This document shows, one piece after another, positions 50,650-63,134 of a DNA stretch of 64,000 nucleotides. Source of the DNA: Lama glama (taxonomy: Eukaryota); NCBI GenBank assembly GCA_028534125.1, contig CM052832.1:20462001-20526000 (forward strand), given 5' to 3'. The notes beneath the pieces were generated by a model that saw only the letters and a program-made list of their open reading frames with translations, did not search any database and had not been told where the DNA came from. A program made the translations under genes and the position numbers. How positions within the stretch are numbered: position 1 is the stretch's first letter; every line of letters begins with the position of its first letter.

Positions 50650-53600
50650 GTTCTGACACTCCTTCCATCACAGGGCAGAGACACGTGTCACAGCCCTGCC
50701 TGCTGCTGAGTTTAACCTGCGGCCCTGCTGCCCGGGAAGGCTGGCTGGAGCACCTGGGAAGCCAGGAAGGCCAGCAGCACTCAAGCAGAAAGCCTCGTCA
50801 GCAGTGCCACTCATCTGCGGAGCCAGGCGCTGGCCCCTGTGGCCGGCTAACTCAGCATACAGTTCTGCCTATTCGAGACCTGAAACAATAGCTTTGCTGG
50901 TCTTGTTGCCTGTTCTGTCATGTCACCCAGGCAGGAGAGCTCATTTGTAGCCCTGTCCACTGCTGAGTGCAGCCTTCAGCCCTGACCAACCAGGAAACCT
51001 GGGCAGAGCGCCCAGGAAGCGGCATGGCCCAACAGCACTTGAGCAGAGAGTCTGGCCACTGACTCTACCCTTCTGCAGAGTCAAGTTGGCAGCCCCGGTT
51101 GGTCATGGAGTTTCCCATACAGTTTTGCCTGAGTTGGGACCTCCCTGGAAATGAGCCTTACCAGCCATCACGCCCATTCTGCTGCTCTCCCCTTCCCCAG
51201 TCAGGGAACTAATTCATAGCCCCACTCACTGCTGAAGGTAATACTCTGTCCCTCCCAATCACAAAGCCTGGCTGGAGCACCTGGAAAGCTGTGTGGCCCA
51301 GTAGCACTAGAGCAGAGAACTTGGCCAGTGGCTCTGCCCTTCTGCAGGGCCAAACCAGCCATCTGGCTAAGGAGCTTCATGCACAGTTCTGCCTGATTTG
51401 GGACCTCAACCAACAAGCCTTGACAGCTTTGAAGCCTGTTCTGTTGCTCCTGCCCAGGCAGGGAAGATAATTCACAGCCCTGCTTACTGTTGAGTGATAC
51501 CCCAGCACCCCCTGACCAGGAAACCTGGCTAGAGCACCTGGAAAGAGCCTAGCAGCTTTTGAGCAGAAAGCCTGGCCAGTAGCTCTGCCATCTGTAGAGC
51601 CAAATCGGTAGCCCTGCCTGGCCAGGGAGCTTGATGTGCAGCCCTGTCTGATTTGGCCCCCGAAAACTGAGTTTTGCCAGCCTTGAAGCCTTTTCTGTGG
51701 CCCAGCCCAGGCAAGGAATCTAATTTGTAGCCCTGAATACAGCATTAAAGACCTACCCCACTAGAAAAACTAATGAACGCATTCAGAAAGCTATGTAGCC
51801 CATTCTACAGCCCTGCTTACAGTGGCATGTAGCTAACAGGCCAGCCAGTGGCTCTGCTTGTCTACAGAACAAACCCAGTTGTCCCACCTGGCCAGGGAAC
51901 TCAGTGCACATATCCACCTGCTTTGGGTCCCCAAACAACTATCCATGTCAGCCTTGGGGCCCGTTCTGCTGCTTCAACCAGGCGCTGAAGCTAATTCATA
52001 GCACTGCTTACTGCTGAATTTAGTGCCCAGCTCCCCTATCCCAAGCCCCGCCACCCTCCTAGCTAGAAAACCTGGTTAGAATCCAGACAACTGCAGAGAC
52101 TACCCCACAGCCATGCAAGGGCAGGGAAGCAAGCCAGAGGTCCTACCCGAAGCGTTCCCAGCAGGCGGCACCACTCCTGACCTCAGAGACTGGGCTGTGG
52201 CTTTGCCCCAGAATAGGCCCTGATAGAAGCCTCCCCTCCCAAGGACACCATCAGCTAGCCTGTCCAGAATTCCAGCCTGAACTGACTGGTGACGAACCGT
52301 CCCTGCTAAAGAGAATCTGTGAAGTCTAGAAGGGGAGGCCACTCACACATATATGCAGATACTGATGCAAGGAGTGAAGGAATACAAAAATAAGGTAAAC
52401 CTGATACACCAAAGGAAAGTAATAAAGCTCCAACAACTGACCTTAAAGAAATGGAGATCTATGAACTATCTGGAAAAGAAATCAGAATAATCTTCTTCTA
52501 AAAATAGTATAGGGAACAGACAACTAAATGAAATTAAGAAAACAATGCATGAACAAGATGGGAAATTCAACAAAGAAATAGAAGGAAAAAAAAAGAAATA
52601 TTTGAGGTGAAGAATACAATCACTGAGCTGAAAAGTTCAATATGTAACTTCAACAGCAGACTTGACCAATCAGAAGAGACAATCAGTGAACTACAAGGTA
52701 AGGTTAGGGGAGCAAAAATTATTTAAAAAAAAAAAGCATGAAGAAAGCATAAGGGATTTATGGGATACCATAAAAGAAAACAATATATGTATTATAGGAA
52801 TCCCAGAAGGAGAGGAGAAAGAGAAGGGACAGAAAATATACCTAAAGCAATAATGGCTGAAAACTGCCCAAACCTGGTGACAGAAATGGATATTGTTAAA
52901 ATATCCATACTACCTACAACATGTATAGAATCAATGCAATCCTTATCATGATTCCAATTGAATTTTTATAGAAATAGAACAAACAATCCTAAAATTCATA
53001 TGAAACTACAAAGACCCTGAATGGTCAGAGCAAGCCTGTGAAAGAAGAACAAAGCTGGAGGCATCATGCTCCCTGATTTCAAACTATATTACAAAGCTAT
53101 AGTAATCAAAACAGTTTTCTATTGCCATAAACATATAAACACACACAGACCAATGGAACAGAATCTAGAGCCCAGAAGTAAACCTATGCATATACAGTCA
53201 ACTAACACTTGACAAGAGACCCAAGAACACTCAATGGAGCAAAGACAGTTTCTTCAGTAAACAGCGCTGTGAAAATTAGATATTCACAAGTACAGAATGA
53301 AACTAGACCCCTATCTTACACCACTCACAAAAATTAACTCAGAACAGATTAAAGACTTCAATGTAAGACTTGAAATCATAAAACTCCTAGGAGAAAACAT
53401 AGGGAAAACTTCTTGACATGGGTCTTGGCAATGATTTTTGGATATGACACCTAAAGCATAAGCAACCAAAAAAAAAAAAAAAAAGTGGGTCACATCATAC
53501 CAAAAAGCTTCTACACAGCCAAAGAAAAACATCAACAAATGAAAAGGCAACTTACTGAATGATTTGCAAACCACACATCTGATAAGGAGCTGATAACCAG

Positions 53601-53732
53601 CATATATAAAGAACTCATATAATGCAAAAGCAAAAAAATTAAAAATGGGCAAGAAAATCCAAACAGATATTTTTCTAAAGATATTCAAAGGGTCAATGGG
53701 TACATGAAAATGTTCTCAATATCACTAATTAT
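50650..53732 (+). mobile_element. Internally deleted LINE-1: monomeric 5' UTR, ORF1 N-half, ORF2 C-terminal part
   Basis: ORF track gives DLWDTIKENNICIIGIPEGEEKEKG and IMAENCPNL (ORF1) joined to IVKISILP (ORF2). Downstream ORF2 DNA: AACAAAGCTGGAGGCATCATGCTCCCTGATTTCAAACTATATTACAAAGCT. No 3' UTR or poly(A). Confidence 0.9.
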
Positions 53733-53739
53733 AATACCT

Positions 53740-54070
53740 GTATTATTTAACCAACAGGCTAAGCTGGCATAATTAAGAGACTTCAAACTGCAAGGGATTT
53801 ATAATACTGGAGTTTGAATACAGGGTGGAGATGACTGGTTTCATGTTAGAATTATCTCCACACAGTGAAAGGGAAAGGGAAGCAGCCATACCTTTAAGTA
53901 GACATCCTGTTTCTTCTGCTCCATTCTGGCCAGAATCTAGTCACATAGCAGTCCAAACTGTAAGAGAAGACAGAAAATACAGTTCCAGTCTGGGTGGTTA
54001 TGCATTCAGGTAAAACTAAGAAACTTAATTATTAAGTAAGGGAAAATGGAAACTGACAGGTAACTAAGTT
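53740..54070. mobile_element. Old MaLR (MLT1-type) LTR
   Basis: TTCTGCTCCATTCTGGCCAGAATCTAGTCACATAGC...AACTGTAAGAGAAGACAGAAAATACAGT. Confidence 0.55.
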
Positions 54071-56894
54071 TCTGCCACTTAGTATTCAATTGTTATTTCT
54101 GAATAAATGTCATTTAAGTGGTATTTGTTTAAAATCCAGAACAGTAACACTGGGTGAATTTCCAATAGAATCACAATCATTTTTTCTAAGATAGTATTAT
54201 ACAATTTTAATCAATATTTGCATTAAGAATCATTAATGGGAGAATAGCCATCATAAATTTTTTCCCATTAATATATAATATAATTTCTTCTTTCTGTATT
54301 ATCTAATGTTGTATTATAAAATATTTCTGTAGTTAAAGAGGAAACAAAATAAGCACATAGAAGTTTGTTTGAAATTAGTAAGAGAACTCCATATATATAC
54401 TTACCCTGAGACAGATAGTGAGGAAAAGAAACCAATATGCTATTGCCCATTATTACTTGTGGACTGTCCCCCAGGTCTTCTTTTATCTTTCCAGAACAAC
54501 TGCCTTGTTCTCACTGAGACCATTTGGTATAATATTACTTCCCAGGCAGTTTTAGTAGAATGTCAACCCCAGCCCCTATTCGGCATGTCTGCCTGTATTT
54601 CACAACATCCAGCAAGGCTGTGGTTGCTTAATTAATTCAGAGCAGTGGTACTAATAATTAAATAACATTCACAATCCATTTTAAGAGTAGCAGTAAGTGA
54701 TTTTTTTTCCCTCCACCTTGTTTAAATTAGCTATGTTCGTTTTCTAGTCTGTTAGCCTGCCTGAATTGAAATTCAGTTCACTGTATCTTCGTCATTACCT
54801 ACACATTATGCACCACTCTGCCAAGGGCTTTCAAATACGCTTATTTATATGCGGCCTTTGGGCTTCCCAGAACTATTATAAAAGCAAGTTGACCTAGAGA
54901 TGCTCACGTTTTTCTCTAAGGGACTGAAATATCTGCCTCATATAGGCAATATTAAGGGCAACGATTTATTTAAGTTCTGAAGTGGAGAGCTAACAAAATT
55001 GCATATAAGATACTGACATCAAAATCTGAACAAAGAGAATCTTAGAAAATCATAAAGGCAAAGGCAGATTATATAAAAGTTGATCAAATTTTAATCTAAA
55101 AATATCCCATGTAATTTTAATTAACATATTTGTCTAATGCTCCATAAAGTTAAATCATATATAGATGCTTGTTTCTGTGTTTTAGCAACATTATTAGTTT
55201 CTCGTATTTCATTTTCTCTGTTCACATGCTGAATTCACCCCTTTGAAGTAATTAGCATAATCACTAACATTATAAGATCATTTTCCTCACTTCAAATAAA
55301 TGACCATCAAATTCCTGCCTCCTCTCTATATTCAGAAATGCTTAAATAGTTCATTACTACCAAATGACTATGGGGAAATGCTGTGCCTAAGATGAAAGTA
55401 GTAATGACTCATACCCCCCACAATGAAGATGAAACTCTTCCACACAAGAATTAATTCACTGTAAAATATCTGAGATCAGGAAGATAATTGAAAGGACTAA
55501 AAATAAAATCAAATGCAATAGGTAATCTAAAGGTCATGAGACTTGTCACTAAACAATTAGAAGACTTTTCAATTTGATAGGCTTTATAAATATTGTTATA
55601 AGTTACATTTTGCTTTTAAATTGAGTTTTCTTATATCTAAATGTATAGCTAATGAAAATATCTTATATGCTATAAGCTTTCGCCTATCATTCACATAACA
55701 CTGATAAAAAAACTAAATGTCATAAGACTTATGACAAACATTAGGTTTTTTTTTTTAATTTTGGTAAGGTTAAGCTCTGTTCTGAATTCAAAACAACTTT
55801 TAAATGGTGCTCTATCTAAATGTACATCTAATGAAAATATTTTTATACATTACATTTTCACATTTAAATCACACTTTTAGATTTAAGAGGAATCAAAACA
55901 CTTAATATTACCCTTAATTATCCAACAATATCTCCTGTTGGTAATAGGTTTTACTGACTTTCAAATCCGAACCTATATTATCTGAAACAAATGAGGACAA
56001 ATAAGGAAGATATTATTCCTAGATTTAAAAATACAAGTAAACTTGATATTGACTTACGTGGCCTCACACAATGGATTAGTGATACTGGTTAACAACAGAA
56101 TTTAGATTTCTTATTACTGAACTTAGAGTCCAGGTCGAAGCAAAACTGTGGAGAAAACTATTTACTCATAGCATATTTTCTCTTTTGTATACATCACTTT
56201 TTTCTCAAATTCCTTCTGAGTCCGTGATGGTCTTAGCATCTTGGTCCCCAGGGCTAACGCACTAGCATGCATCCCTTATGCTGTAAGCCTATTATGGTTG
56301 GCATCCACATGAGAGACCAGTGCCTACACCAGACAGGTGATAAAATATTCTGAAAATGACTGATGGTTCACACTAAGTCACATCCTTCCTTTCGTAGCAG
56401 GCTTTACTAAAAGAACTCAATGCCAGGGCTAACTTTTCCTCTCTTCAGTATCTGCTCCACTTCAAATTCTTACAGTCCTAGAAAATCTTATAAAAGATCA
56501 AAATTCCCTATTATACAAGTACAAGAACAAGAAACATTAGCTAATAAATGCCCTTTACTGCACTATGCACAGAACCTCCACCATGCTAAGCCCAAAGGGC
56601 AAGTTTGTTCAGGCAAGAGTCATTTAGTTATATTTAATGACACTAGGTAAATTTTGCTACTTAAGCACCCAAATGTTTTTCTCAAGCTCATCTCCCAGAT
56701 CTCATGTGGCTGCATGGAAGAATTTCAAGCCACTTAAGGATAGCGTGACTCTCAGAGCAAGTTAAGAATTGACATTATCATTATTGGTCATCTAAAATTT
56801 AAAGAGATTAAAGCTTTATCCAAACTTACTTAAAGCTTTATCCAATATTTGTTTTAAGGTTATAGATAAAACCAGAAGACAGCTATTTTTGGCC

Positions 56895-57945
56895 AACAAT
56901 GGCCTTATGTGCTAGACATAAAACTGTCTTCAGTCAAGTCTTTGCCCTCAAGGTGATTATACTCTACAAAGAAGACAGACAAACCATGTGTACTTCCAGG
57001 CATACCTCATTTTAGGGTGCTTCACTTAACTGTACTTTGCAGATAGTGCATGTTTTACGAACTGAATGTTTGTGGCCACCCTGAATCAACAAGTCTATCT
57101 GCCCCCTTTTTCCAACAGCACCTGCGTACTTCATTTCTCTGTGACACATTTTGTTAATTCTCAATATTTCACACTCTTTCATTATTATTTATTTGTGATG
57201 GTGATCTGTGATCAGTGACCTTTGAGGTTGCTGCTACTACTGCTGCCTGAAGGCTCAGATGATGGTTAGCATTTTTTAGCAGTAAAGTGCTTTTTAATTA
57301 AGGTATGTACTTTTTTTTTTAAGGCATAATGCTATTGCACACTCACTTGACCACAGTACAGTGTCAACGTAACTTTCAGATGCACTGGGAAGCCAAAAAA
57401 TTCATGACATTCACTTTATTGAGATATTCGCTTTATTGGGGTGGTCAAGAACCAAACCCGCAACATCTCCAAGGTCTGTCTATAGATAAACAAATAAGGA
57501 TATTTCCCTTACTGATGCGTACTCTGAAGAAGACACAAAGGATAAAGGCTAACTGGGACAAGGCACTGGTTTCAAAAATGTCCTCAAGGACTGCCTCTAT
57601 TCAGAGGTCACATGTTCACATGCTCCTGGACGATCAAATGGAGGGAGTCAAATGGAGAGCTGGGAGAAGAGCCGTCCACGCAGAGGGGAGCTTGGGGCAA
57701 GAACAAGACTGGCACATTCAAGGATCAACAGGGGGTCCCAGCGTAGCTGAGGCACAGAGCGAGGAAACATGGGAGTTGATGAAGTAGAAAAGGCAGATGG
57801 GAACCAGATGATGTTGGACCTTCAAAACCATGATGGTAGCTTGGGTTTTATTTTAACTGAAAAGAGAACTCATTTGTAGGGCTTTAAGCAACACAAACAC
57901 AATGCTTCAGCTTTGAAAAGACTACTCTGGCACTTTGTGTAGAAG
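56895..57945 (-). mobile_element. LINE-2 fragment split by the Tigger insertion
   Basis: AAGTCTTTGCCCTCAAGG before the Tigger; GGCAGATGGGAACCAGATGATG...TTGGGTTTTATTTTAA...GAAAAGACTACTCTGGC after it. Confidence 0.6.
56997..57482 (+). mobile_element. Tigger1 internal-deletion derivative (Tigger1a-like MITE, about 490 bp)
   Basis: CAGGCATACCTC left TIR; Tigger1 left end joined to GAAGGCTCAGATGATGGTTAGCATTTTTTAGCA; right end CGCAACATCTCCAAGGTCTGTCTA followed by TA. Confidence 0.85.
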
Positions 57946-60056
57946 CCTACTTCCGTCCATACTGAGAAAATTTGGAAATGAAATACCTTTTCAGCATCAA
58001 CATGCTTATTTTCCAATAGATAAAATATTCTCTGAAGTGTTTTGTAGTAACACCTAGCTCACTACCCTCTCCTTTACATATTCCAGTCAGCTGACTTCTT
58101 GAAATTTGATGGTTGATGGCATCACCATTGCGTTCATAGAAATCCAAGGAAAATGAGAAATAAAAAACAGTCTTATCTCAAGGTTGTCTAAAAAGAAATG
58201 TAATTATAGAGAAGTACCATAACTTAACATTGCCAATATACAATGTAAAAAATTCCTTTCGTTGCCAAAATTTGTAAAAGCATTTATGGCTTGCCTCCCC
58301 CACAGCTCCACATACTTCTAGCTGAAGAAGCGAAGGGACTTCTTGGGTATGTTCTGTAGGTTTGGTGAAGATTGCCATCTCTAACCCTCCCCAAACTCAG
58401 AGACTGTTTGTTTTCTCTCTTAATCCAGATGCCTGCAGATGAAAAGCAGTGACTAGGTTGTCAGCTCACTAATTACAGGTTTCAAATATGCTCTTAATTC
58501 ATTTGAAAATATGAAATGCTGCTTGTCATCTTAGTGATACATGACATCATCAGTTGCTTAGTTTCCCCAGTAAAACAAATGTTAAAAGCACACTAGAACA
58601 CTATCTCCCAGTTGGCTATGGCTTGAGTTCACCCTCAGGTGAAACACTAAGGACTAGGAATTGGGTCAGGGATGAATCCAATTTCATTAACATCTGAAAG
58701 CTTTCATCTGATAGAACATCCAGTCCTCCTCTCACTGCAAAACAGATCCCTCCCAAGAAAGTTATGAGTCAAAAGAGCAAACTAGAGTCCCAGTGGTGAT
58801 ACTTCTAGTGCCATGAGTCCTAGATTAAGGGACGTAAATAATAGATGGCCTGTTCACTGGGGAATTTATTTCAGCCCTTCTCAAAAAGCAGATGGAAATT
58901 TTAACCCACTCACATCTGATTTCAGTTTGGAGCCATCATTCTTTTCCTCCAAAGAACAGACTGAACTTCAGGCTAGTGAAATAATTTCAAAGCTATCTGA
59001 TCGGTGTACAGTATGAACCTGAAAATTGTGTGATGAATCACTGCTCTGACCTTCTGCCCTGATATAGTTGACTGCCTAAGTTATTTATCTTCCAGACCCA
59101 AACAATCACGTGATAGCATTTACCCTTCTGGTGGGAAGGGTGGGGGACTCTTGGTGGAGGTACTGGTATAAGCCTCTTTTGATTTTGACTTTGTATATGT
59201 GTATGTCTATCTACAGACAAAACTACGCTGGGTAATCTTTGTTTCCTTTCCCAGATTCACTCTGGTTTCTCACTGAACTCAGCTGATGGAAAGCTCTGGT
59301 AGGACAGAGGGCAGGAGCAAAGTGAGGTCAGGGTATGTACATCCTAAGTTCTGCCTGAGCTCAGCTACTCGATGGCAGTGGCTACATTTCTACGTGGAAG
59401 GTCATGGTTCCATCTGGCTGCCCTCTCTGACATCTTCCAGTCTCCCCAGTTCTCTTAACCTTGCCATACCTCCATGAATAGTCCCTGCTTTAATTTCTTT
59501 TTGTTTGAGGGTGCCATCTCTTTCCAAAAAAACTGATTTCAAAAATATGATAAGGGAATTAAATTTTCTATGGTATTATATATTATCACTATATACTATT
59601 TTACTATAGATGATCAAGGATACAATATAATCAGTCTAAGATATTTCATTAGAATTAATTGTAAAAGAATAATTGTATATGATTCCTGAAATGGTCTACT
59701 GGCGAAAATTTGCCTTAGCACACATCAGTCAATAAACTATGGCTAATCTTCTAAAGTAAACAGCAGATGAGAGCTAGCATTTACTGTAAGTCCTCTGTGT
59801 ACCAGAGAATTTATATGTTGTACTCTTTAATCATTACAACAACTATATGAATTAGAATTAGTAAAAATCAGAGAAAATACTCAAAAGCACAAATCATCCT
59901 GAGATATTTCCACCTTATTCATGCTGCTGCCATTCAAAGGCGCTAAGACAAACTTTCTATTTTCATTATTTGCTATGCAAAGTTCAGAGAAGTCAGAATA
60001 AAAAGGAATTTATGAAAATTAAGCAAATGCTGTCTCAAAGCATTCTCTTTGGGGAC

Positions 60057-60405
60057 TGCCATGGTCTATAAGTTTGTGTCCCCCTAAAACTGATATGTTG
60101 GAATCCTAATCCCTGAAGGTGACAGTATGTGTAGGTGGAGGCTCTGGGAAGTCCTTAAGTCATGAAGGTGGACCCTCGTGAATGGATTTGGTGCCTTATA
60201 AAAGAGGCTCACAGAGACCTCTAGCCTCTTCTGTCACATGAACATACAAAGAGAAGTCTTCCACCCAAAAGAGGGTCCTAACTCCATCCTCCTTGTACTC
60301 TGACCTCGGACACTCAGCCTCCAGAACTGTGAGAAATAAATTCTGTTGTCCACAAGCTACCCAGTCTGTGGTATTTTGTTATAGTAACCTGAACACACTG
60401 AGATA
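60057..60405 (+). mobile_element. MLT1A-type MaLR solo LTR
   Basis: TGCCATGGTCT...TGTGTCCCCC...GCCTTATAAAAGAGG...CAGCCTCCAGAACTGTGAGAAATAAATT...CTGAGATA; 5-bp TSD GGGAC/GGGGC. Confidence 0.9.
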
Positions 60406-60687
60406 GGGGCAACCCTCTCCATCCCAACCAGCTTCCGTGGATTTAGGCAACAGCTTCCTCTCAGCCCAATCCTTCCGATGTGTCTGAGATGGACCACTGC
60501 CATGAGGTTGACGAGGAGGACGTCAGCTACACGGGCTAGAACAGCAGGCTTCTCTCTACAGCCTCTCTAACTAAAAGCCCCAAAGTCTTAATGCTGAAGC
60601 CACTGGTTCTTATGTATCAGTGCAAATTAATACTATACCTTATAAAAGCAGAATGCAGAGTACATGTATTTCAGTGAAGCCACGGGA

Positions 60688-62475
60688 TTTTTTTAAAATT
60701 ATTGAGATATAGTTGATGTACCTTCTTTGTCTGATTTTGGTATCAGAGTGATGCTGGCCTCATAGAATGATTTCAGAAGTGTTCCTTCCTCTTCAGTTTT
60801 TTGAATAGTTTCCCTTGTGATTTGATGACTACCTTCAGTGTTATGTTTGGATTCTTTTTTCTTTTTGTGGGTACCTATAATAGGTTTTGGGGATATATAT
60901 ATATATATGATTTTAGTTGATCTCTTAATTTTGAACACATTCTAACTACCCTACATTTTTACTCTCTACCCTCAGTATAATGTATTCAACATCATATTTC
61001 ACATCTTTTTGTTCTGTGTATCCCTTAACCACTTACTATAGGTAACTGTCCTCCTTTTGTCTTCTAAGCTTCCTTCTAGCTCTGTAAGTGGCTAATCTAC
61101 TACCTTTACTATATACTTGTCTTTACTGGTGAGATTTTTTCCTTCCCCAAGTTTCATATTTCTAGTTGCAGTCTTTTCTTTTTTGCTTAGAAATACCCCT
61201 TTAACACACCTTGCAAAGCTGGTTTAGTGGTGTTGGACTCTGTTACCTCTTGCTTGTCTGCAGAACTCTTCTTCTCGCCTTCAAATGTGAATGATAATCT
61301 TGCTGGGTAGAGCATTCTTGGTTGTAGGTGTTTCCCTTCCATCACTTTGTATGTGGTGCCACTCCCTTCCGGCTTGCAGTTTTTGCTTAAAGTTGGCTCA
61401 TGGTTTTATGAAAGAAAGTTCCTTTGATTGTAACTAGTTGTGTTTCTCTTACTACTTTTAAGATTCTCCTTTTCTCTCTCATTTTTGCCATTTTAATTAT
61501 AATGTCTTGATGTAAGCTACTTTGAGTTCATCTTACTTGAGACTCTCTGTACTTCCTAGACCTGCATGTCTGGTTCCTTCCCCAGGTTAAGGGAGTTTTC
61601 AGCAATTTTTTCTTCAAGTAAGTTCTCTGTCCCTTCCTCTCTCTCTTCTCCTTCTGGGACCCTATCATGAGAATGTTAGTATGCCTAATGTGGTCCCAGA
61701 GGTCTCTTAAACTATCCTCATTTAACTTTTTTTTTTCTTTTTTCTGTTTAATTGAGTGATTTCTATTTCACTGTCTTTCATATTGCTGATCTGTTCCTTT
61801 GTATCATCTAATCGACTTTGATTCTTTCTGGTGTATTTTTTATTTCAGTTATTGTATTTCTCAGCTCTATTTGATTCTTCTTTATTTTTCTTCTTTATAT
61901 TTTCTAACTCATTGTTGAAATTCTCGCTGTGTTCATCCATTCTTCTACCTAGTTTGGTAAGCATCTTTATAATTATTGCGTTGAACACTTTATTGGGTAG
62001 ATTACTCATCTCCACTTCCCTTAGTTTTTTTCTGATGTTATGGCTTGTTCCTTTGTTTGGAACACACACCTCAGTCTCCTGATTTTGCCAAGTTCTGTGT
62101 TTATTTCTTGTGGTAGGTAGGTTGGTTATGTTTCCCGATCTTGGAGAAGTGATCTTGTGTAGGAGACATCCTATGGGGTGCAGCAACATGCTCCCTTCTG
62201 TTTATCAGACTATATGCTCTAAGGCCACCCTCTCTGTGGGCTGTGTGTGCCCTTCTGCTGCGGCAGGGCCAATTACTGTGGATGCACTGACAGGTAGGGC
62301 AGGCCCTCCGGGCCTGGTCAGCTGTGAGGCCATACCTTGTGCAGGGGCCGTGGGCCAGCTGGAGGGCAGAACAAGTTTCCTGTGCAGTTGGCTGCATGGC
62401 CCAGGGTGGCTTGGGGCTGCTGCCAGCCAGCTGGAGGGCAGAGCTGGGTTCCCATGTGGTTGTGTGCATGGCCCA
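60688..62475 (-). mobile_element. Doubly deleted LINE-1: 5' UTR part, ORF1, spacer, about 90 bp of ORF2, 3' terminus
   Basis: ORF track gives IIKMLTKLGRRMDEHSENFNNELENIKK (ORF1) and IQKTEEEGTLLKSFYEASITLIPKSDK (ORF2), followed by CATCAACTATATCTCAATAATTTTAAAAAAA on the minus strand. Confidence 0.9.
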
Positions 62476-63134
62476 TTAATAAAGCCATAGGTTTTGAACT
62501 CAATTTCCCTTCTGGCATATTAGCCAAAGTGCAAACACCCAGTACAAAATGCTTTCCTACCTTTCCCCCTAGTATTTCCATTAACAAATGGTTAGTTCGG
62601 CTGAAGGGTTTCCAGCCGTCCCCGGACACATTAGTGAGCCCAGCTGACCTGCATCTCTCTTCCTGCACCCCATGGTTGCGGGATGCAGAGAACCTCCTGA
62701 AGTTCAGGCTCCCACAGCTCCCTCTTCTTCCACGTTCTCCCTCCTGCATCGGACTTTTTCCAGGTCAGCGAGTTTAGAAGTAGTCCTCCAGGGCCCCACC
62801 CGCAAGAGGAGAAGTTCCCTGAGCATGCTGCCTTCTGTCCCCTACCTGCTCCCATCGCCACCTCAGCTCCCTGACATCATGCATCCATTTGACACTTCCT
62901 CTGCTCCTCCCACAGCTCAGATCACAGGAGTGGAGGCAGGGATCCCTGTTACCCGTTGGCCTCTCCCTTACCTTAATTGCAAATGACCGTATCAATTACA
63001 AGAGAACAGAGTGTCCAGTCAGCATCCCCAGAGAAGGCTGTCTGAGAGAGTTTAGGCTTTTCCACTTTCCTTTTAAGGAGTCATATTTCTTTTCTCTTGG
63101 GAATGGCTGTTGCAATTAATCTAAGTCGGTGTGC

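Noticed and set aside
50685..52090. Monomer array as a CRISPR-like or satellite locus
   Set aside because: The units are diverged along their whole length with no unique spacers, and they lead directly into L1 ORF1.
57329..57787. 152-aa ORF
   Set aside because: It runs across the Tigger1 right end and antisense L2 sequence; chance ORF.
62101..62995. Cluster of overlapping 100-146 aa ORFs on both strands
   Set aside because: GC-rich L1 5' UTR and flank are poor in stop codons; no protein similarity recognised.
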